64,000 bases of DNA from Rubripirellula sp. GTDB taxonomy: Bacteria > Planctomycetota > Planctomycetia > Pirellulales > Pirellulaceae. Location of the stretch: assembly GCA_965216875.1 (NCBI GenBank), contig OZ244207.1, positions 3,200,001-3,264,000 of the forward strand. Reading direction: 5' to 3'. Below, piece by piece: positions 59,301 to 64,000 of this stretch. The position numbers and the translations under genes were made by a program. The notes beneath the pieces are model-generated. The model ran no database searches. It was given only the letters and a program-made list of their open reading frames with translations, and had not been told where the DNA came from. Within the stretch, counting starts at the first letter, position 1. Each line of letters starts with the position of its first letter.

Positions 59301-59909
59301 TTCAACAACATCATCGCCGGGACCGGTGTAACGTACCGTTGCCCGATAGTGCCCTGGGTCAAGTCGATACTCCATGGGAGAAACGAATTGGCCAGGCCGG
59401 ACGATCATCGAAAGGGATTCACCCGGCTGAAGGTCATGAGTCGACGCGCCGTTAAGAACCAACGTCTGGCTTGCATAGGCGCGTTCGGCCCGAGCAACGG
59501 GATGCCCTTGAGAATCAAAAAACTCGAACTTAAACAGGTGCGGGCCATAAAACGATGTGTTCAGCCGCCCCTTTGCTGTCGGGTAGCTATCACCATATCG
59601 AACGCCGAGTAAGGTGACCGGAGCCGGGCTGACGTTCTTGAGTTCGACCAGGAACGTCATCTCACGCCCCGTGGGGAACATCCCAGCCACTTTCGCCTCA
59701 TCAGGACGTTCGTCGTTACTTGTGTGCGATACCGCAACCAGTCGACACTCAAGCTTGTCGCTCGACGCAACGGCAACATCGTCGGCTATAGTCTGTGGGA
59801 GAGGCAAAAGCAACGCCCCGACCGTCAACATCACAGCCGTGATTGAGCGAACCGATGGGAGACGTTGTTGTCTCAAGCACCAAGAGGTCAACGCGTGAAC
59901 ACCGAACAT
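56385..59909 (-). CDS. Large secreted multi-domain hypothetical protein (Ig/carboxypeptidase-regulatory-like beta domains)
   Basis: 1174-aa ORF with hydrophobic N-terminal segment, VRAPGFE, DGKPVAKAKI, DGRFETPPLGPGEY. Confidence 0.75.
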   Translation of the reverse strand: MFGVHALTSWCLRQQRLPSVRSITAVMLTVGALLLPLPQTIADDVAVASSDKLECRLVAVSHTSNDERPDEAKVAGMFPTGREMTFLVELKNVSPAPVTLLGVRYGDSYPTAKGRLNTSFYGPHLFKFEFFDSQGHPVARAERAYASQTLVLNGASTHDLQPGESLSMIVRPGQFVSPMEYRLDPGHYRATVRYTGPGDDVVEKIKKHWPKSKQGDAWQGVVESNSVEFAIDEPVGRAKPELNFGPTVDGLQAAIEFEVPKYIQETPHDAPGIPLKSAVGVYCHVRNVSDKAITFASETSRQGDTIEVVDSTGKKVDVASAWFSGWPIDVRWVLQPGDSARLFILTPGVTGIKEPGMYSVRYTLRFNSRQMKDDKGNVIFPKAEDYKSDLTTGETLLFFRKRTPADDERAKPPSFDGRVVFADPDGNEIESGKFTFSGQIRRKDHTDLPVQKGGTKIAEATEKVSRIFVRAPGFEEASFHQVKLKAGKSKTLTLKPAAKTTFRLVSAVDGKPVAKAKIRHFVKTSAKASSGPYPTKGTGGEIWTYSDEDGRVVLDSLQRINPVYEKLGDAIYHFYVEPADAHLAPRFVGPIKAGKDLGEIKLGSWLEVRGEVHGTKEELDRFSAEWDQPEVLVRDNPQATWMYAQSKRLKTKREGDKLTFHLEGLRPGRFRIVASFAKRPHSVSHSYSRRDPKGSDRVIEFQLDKPYIGLVLTSESGDDATTWNEKWKAEKEGRQNQQASQNQVPAPTISLEKFEPFDCTIIDAVSGEPIAGDETTISLRFREPHEDPTQGKPVGNLIWPRSKSDFKFVIPDNIVDHPLREQLVVHWGIGHPNYKPASGTVPLKEIVDKASKARDRLSVVRLVPVDIDYQSVLDQQVSIKQMEKPLVGLISHLEETYHVPVTIDLGKLKKLGVTLHQKTTIKTHNAELREVYKLIGESVGVTVDFDDSGVTIPGKGSRITIHYHHPGGADEARIFVQHINGVGEIGTVDEDQSKWSPVENGKSVTLKDLQPGDYQVARMCNVDLAKAGLGRVSQGLFLDRNRFDLLAGQAKSVRFVRQRSKVVAGSVVDFDKTKLERGVVMIAAKGTSDSPEENLGATLFEAVNCGGDGRFETPPLGPGEYVAVFSGYEDLTNDQLFTTGVPVPRWKGTKAFVVPADGKVPAIEIPIRDVKPPS

Positions 59910-60045
59910 GACTTCGCCACCGACTCTTGTGAAAGGTAGACACGACCGAATTCCAGCATTCGTGTCATGTGTGGGATTCGTGGATTCTGTATCGCTTGAT
60001 CACGCGCCCCTCTCGTTCGCAACCCGTTACGCCGTGATTCTTAAT

Positions 60046-60108
60046 TGTCGCCTTTCGCTCCGCGAAAGAAGCGTCCAAAACGCAACTTTTGCGGAGCAAA
60101 AGGCGACA
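60046..60108. repeat. Palindromic repeat copy 1 flanking DNA alkylation repair gene
   Basis: tgtcgcctttcgctccgcgaaag ... cttttgcggagcaaaaggcgaca. Confidence 0.85.
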
Positions 60109-60232
60109 TTCAAACAGTTCACAGCCTTTCCGCGAAAGAAGCATCGAAGACGGGGCATCGCGACGCAGTTGAAACGAATTCGAACGCGTCTTGTTAGGCA
60201 AAAAATGTCCACTTTCGCGACCTTTGTTTGCC

Positions 60233-60943
60233 TCAGCACTTGATCGTCTTGCGTTTCTTGCCAACCCGCCCCATCGACTCGACTTTCGCGATGTATTCGG
60301 TAGCAAGCGGAACCTTGCAAGAGGTGTCGCCCATATCGACCTCGACCTTACCAATCTTCTTCGCTGTCGATTTTGCTTGGCGAAGCAGGGGTTTGACATA
60401 CGTGCCAACGGCAATGACAAAGCCATTCATGACATAACGCACCCCGTTTGGGGCGTCGTCAATCGTATCGACGATCTGGTTGAGCAGTGATTTGATTTCG
60501 TCGAGGTCAAGTTCATCGTCAGCCCGCGTCGCAATCAGGCCGACGTAGGTGTTCCAGCCCGCACATGCAATCGGCTCCTTGCGCGACTTCATCCACTTCA
60601 GCGCCAAGGAATGAGTGTGCTTGCTTTCGGTGGCAACACCGGGAACGGTGTAATCACAATGCCAGCTATTTTTGCTCGCCTTCGCCCAAGACTCCAATTG
60701 CTGTTTGGTCATCTTGGAACCATCCGCAACGATGCCGGCCAGGTACATCGCGTCATGGTTGCCAGTATCGTACAGCTCGCAAGCAAGCTCTTGGTTGCCT
60801 TTGATCTTTTTGGCAACCTTCTTTAGATCGCCAACTTTGACACCGTAGACGTCACCATCGATTCCGTGACGCGCGTAGATTTTTCTTGTCTGTTCACTGC
60901 CGAGCTTTTCCAGTTCGGCGAGGACTTGTTTGACGGTGTTCAT
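60233..60943 (-). CDS. DNA alkylation repair family (AlkD-like) protein
   Basis: YGVKVGDLKKVAKKIK, LA.ELYDTGNHDAMYLA, RYVMNGFVIAVG, VDMGDTSCKVPLA. Confidence 0.85.
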   Translation of the reverse strand: MNTVKQVLAELEKLGSEQTRKIYARHGIDGDVYGVKVGDLKKVAKKIKGNQELACELYDTGNHDAMYLAGIVADGSKMTKQQLESWAKASKNSWHCDYTVPGVATESKHTHSLALKWMKSRKEPIACAGWNTYVGLIATRADDELDLDEIKSLLNQIVDTIDDAPNGVRYVMNGFVIAVGTYVKPLLRQAKSTAKKIGKVEVDMGDTSCKVPLATEYIAKVESMGRVGKKRKTIKC

Positions 60944-61013
60944 GGGCGATGGCTGGGCACGGGGACGTGATTGCAGCCATCTAATTTAACGAGCTTTGCG
61001 CGGCGATGCGGAA

Positions 61014-61077
61014 TGTCACCTTACGCTCCGCGAAAGCAGCGTCCAAAAACGCAACTTTTGCGGAGCAAAAGGCGACG
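61014..61077. repeat. Palindromic repeat copy 2, same orientation as 60046-60108
   Basis: tgtcaccttacgctccgcgaaagcagcgtccaaaaacgcaacttttgcggagcaaaaggcgac; near-identical to copy 1 including the loop. Confidence 0.85.
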
Positions 61078-61100
61078 AAATGGGTGCTACAAACGGCGTT

Positions 61101-63065
61101 TTACGCGGCCGCTTCCTCGCCGTTGGACTTCGATCCACGATTGAAATTCATATGGAGCGAATCCCAGTCGATGACCAATTTCCCGCCGGTCCCTTCATGC
61201 TGCTTGGCCCAGTTGGTCAGCAGGTCCAAGCAGGCATGATCGATGTAGTTGAGGTGTTCGAATTCGACGTGCAATTCACAGTCGTTCGGAACACGCTCAA
61301 GCTCCGATGCGAGGACTGGCAACCGAATGAACGTCGCCGCTCCCTCGAGACTCAGGTTCGCTGTTCGCTTTTCTTCGTCAACATCGAGGTGCACATCGAG
61401 CCGACTAAAGGTGTGCAGCAGACGGAGCGCCGAAAGTCCGATCCCGGCAAGCACGCCTGTCAGCAGGTCGGTGGCGACAATCGTCCCCAGCGTCACGCAA
61501 TAGATCGCGACTTCGCCCCAACCGTAGCTGTACAGCTTTGCGATCGCTTTCAAATTCAACAGCTTGTAGCCGGTGTAGACCAACATCGCAGCCAACGCGG
61601 CCGTTGGAATCATTCGCAGTACGAATGCGAGAGCGGCAACAAAGACCAACAACCATAGACCGTGCAGGATGGTGGAGAGTCGAGTTTTCGCACCCGAATC
61701 GACGTTGGCCGAACTACGCACGATCACTCCCGTCATCGGCAACGCACCAAGGAATCCGCACACGATGTTTCCAATCCCCTGGGCGGCTAGCTCGCGGTCA
61801 TATTGGGTTCGCGGACCACTGTGCATCTGGTCGACCGCAGTCGCACAAAGCAGCGTTTCAGCACTCGCGACGGCCGCAAGGACAATCCCCGCTTGGATGA
61901 CGGCACCGGCTGGCACCGATTTCAAAACGGTCAACGACGGATAGTGGATCTCACTGAACAAGTTGTCCGGTAGTTCGACATAGAAGACTGGCAGCTGCAG
62001 AAACGCTGTCACGACGGTCGCGACCACAACCGCGACCAAAGGTGCTGGAACCATGCGAAGCTTTTTCGGACTCAACGTGCTCCACAGAATCAACACGATG
62101 ATGGTCAACAGACCAATTTTCGCGGCCCAGTCGTGGTTCTTGAGTTCCGCCAAAACGGCTTCGATCGAAACTTGCATGTCAGCCTGCGACGCTCGCACGT
62201 GCCGCACGTTTCCACCTTCGAGGTCCGCGATCGCAACTTCCATATTGCTCAGCGCGGTTTCTGTGGCCGCTCGAAGAGCTTCGGCGTCAGGCACGGAGTT
62301 CTCGACGATCGGTTCGGCAAGTTGCTTCGAAAGCTCGGCCAAGCGATCGGACAAACCTTTTTGATCAACCAAAATGGCACTGAAATCTGGCGGGTCGATT
62401 TCCCATGCTTCTTCTCGGGCATTGGGGTCCTGAACGGGAATCAACTCGGCAGCACGCTCGCGCAATTGAACCTGTTGCTCGTGAATCGCACCAATTTGAT
62501 GAAGCAGGTCGGTGCGCATCTTCCGCTCTTCAACCGTGCCAAGCGGCGACATCTCCATTCCCTTTTCAATCGCTTCGGGAATCGAGACAAGGTTTTTAAG
62601 ACCGCTACCTCTTGGTGCATCGTCGACCATCACATGGAATTGGCTCGATGCAATCAGCACACCAATCCCCGCCAACATGCCGTAAATCACCGCTGGCGAC
62701 ACGGCACGAAACCAGCGCCCATACCGCAGCAGCCCGGCAAGCAGTTGCAGGATACCGCCGATCAACACGGCGATCCCGAGCACTTCGATGCCATAACGCT
62801 GCACAAGGTCAAAGACGATCACCGTCAATCCCGCAGCAGGACCGCTGACCTGAAGCGGTGATCCCGCAAACCAACCCACGATGAGACCGCCGACAATCCC
62901 GGTGATCAAACCGGCGGCGACAGGAACACCGGAAGCGATTGCGATCCCCATACAAAGAGGCAGCGCGACGAGAAAGACAACAATTGACGACAGAAGGTCC
63001 TGACGCGGATGCGAGAAGGTTCCGTAGTCAGTGGAATCCGATCCGTTGTTTTGAGCGTTAGACAT
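61101..63065 (-). CDS. SulP family inorganic anion transporter with large internal insertion and STAS-like C-terminus
   Basis: SIVVFLVALPLCMGIAIASG, QVSGPAAGL, SAETLLCATAVD, ELAAQGIGN, LPMTGVIVRSSANV, YIDHAC. Confidence 0.92.
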   Translation of the reverse strand: MSNAQNNGSDSTDYGTFSHPRQDLLSSIVVFLVALPLCMGIAIASGVPVAAGLITGIVGGLIVGWFAGSPLQVSGPAAGLTVIVFDLVQRYGIEVLGIAVLIGGILQLLAGLLRYGRWFRAVSPAVIYGMLAGIGVLIASSQFHVMVDDAPRGSGLKNLVSIPEAIEKGMEMSPLGTVEERKMRTDLLHQIGAIHEQQVQLRERAAELIPVQDPNAREEAWEIDPPDFSAILVDQKGLSDRLAELSKQLAEPIVENSVPDAEALRAATETALSNMEVAIADLEGGNVRHVRASQADMQVSIEAVLAELKNHDWAAKIGLLTIIVLILWSTLSPKKLRMVPAPLVAVVVATVVTAFLQLPVFYVELPDNLFSEIHYPSLTVLKSVPAGAVIQAGIVLAAVASAETLLCATAVDQMHSGPRTQYDRELAAQGIGNIVCGFLGALPMTGVIVRSSANVDSGAKTRLSTILHGLWLLVFVAALAFVLRMIPTAALAAMLVYTGYKLLNLKAIAKLYSYGWGEVAIYCVTLGTIVATDLLTGVLAGIGLSALRLLHTFSRLDVHLDVDEEKRTANLSLEGAATFIRLPVLASELERVPNDCELHVEFEHLNYIDHACLDLLTNWAKQHEGTGGKLVIDWDSLHMNFNRGSKSNGEEAAA

Positions 63066-63179
63066 AGATGTAATTAGCAAACGATGCGAGTCTGGCGAAC
63101 TCTTCAATCGCGCGCACCAGCGCACTGAGAGCCCAAGAAATAAGGTAGACGTAGCGGCATTGCCGCAACCATCAACTCG

Positions 63180-63527
63180 CTAGAGCACGAGTGGAGCGCA
63201 AAGATCGGCACTCAAACGGTGCCCAACAATCGCTTGCGTTGGAGGTGGATGGTGCGCTCGCCCAGCAGGCGCCATCCGATGAAACTCAATAGGAACACGC
63301 CCATCGAGGACTCGGGGTTCAGCTTCACGTCGGCGATCCGACGAACAGACCACGCGTTCTTCTTCGCCCGACTTTTCCTCTTCCTGACAGGGAAAACTCG
63401 ATTCCGAAAACTGCTGAACCAACATCCCAGGCTGCGGCACAACCACCGAACCAAACATGCAAAGAATGAGCGCCACGGGCAATACCCGCGCGACGGCAAT
63501 CGGCTTTGTCGAAAACAAAACGCTCAT
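63180..63527 (-). CDS. Small hypothetical protein upstream of sulP
   Basis: N-terminal hydrophobic stretch, acidic middle, C-terminal GHRLSADLCAPLVL; co-oriented, 114 bp upstream of sulP. Confidence 0.5.
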   Translation of the reverse strand: MSVLFSTKPIAVARVLPVALILCMFGSVVVPQPGMLVQQFSESSFPCQEEEKSGEEERVVCSSDRRREAEPRVLDGRVPIEFHRMAPAGRAHHPPPTQAIVGHRLSADLCAPLVL

Positions 63528-64000
63528 GCTTTTCGTTTGACGACTCGAAACCTGGAAATGATTTACTCGCGAACAATGCGAGCAAACGTCTCTCGACAAA
63601 ACTGTAGGCGGCACCTTCAGGTTATGCCAGAGTGCCTAGGTTGGTTCATCGGCACAATGTCAAAATCGTCCAATTGTGATGAAAAAATCGACTGGATTTA
63701 TATCAGGTTTTGCGAAAACTTCGCCGCCAGGTGGCCTGTTTCACGATCCGGCTGCGGCTCAGCGCGGGTACCCCCAGCCGCTGAAAGGAGCCCCGGCGTA
63801 TTGGAAGTGCTCGAGGACGTGAGGACTCACGGGCACTGCCTGAGTTTCGCGAGAAGTTGCTCGGCCGAAACCGTGTTGCGTGTTTGTGGCACTGGCGCCA
63901 AAGCCGGGTCTGCCGCACTCACTCTAAGCGTGACGCGTCCGAAGATTCCCCAAAAGCTCGGGCCGCTGACGCGCAGCGACGCACACGGGCAGGGCTACAG

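Noticed and set aside
63700..64000. Structured RNA or repeat at the window end
   Set aside because: GC-rich partial stems truncated by the window edge; no family can be supported.

Overview
GC-rich chromosomal window, most likely from a planctomycete (Pirellulaceae-like), inferred from the 'LETLESRQLLA'-type N-terminal motifs, giant surface proteins and gene content. The first 33 kb holds two tandem, paralogous giant secreted proteins on the minus strand. Gene B (about 6046 aa, 33312->15172) ends in a dockerin. Gene A (about 4990 aa or more, 14980-> past position 1) is interrupted by a single -1 frameshift at about 8748. A carries an intact metzincin HEXXHXXGXXH site, and the aligned site in B has lost all zinc ligands and the catalytic Glu. 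The rest of the window has an AAA ATPase/lipase pair, nadB, pssA plus a pmtA-like methyltransferase, and a four-gene terpenoid operon (class II squalene-hopene-cyclase-like enzyme, DUF116-fused polyprenyl synthase, chorismate-lyase-like protein, TPR protein). It also has a GxxExxY nuclease-like gene embedded in three homologous REP-like palindromes, an AstE-like/RimB-like/RimK-TrkA_C cluster, a DNA alkylation repair gene bracketed by palindromic repeats, and a SulP transporter with a large insertion. No rRNA, tRNA, CRISPR array or transposase was recognised. All family calls come from motif recognition by eye; no searches were run.
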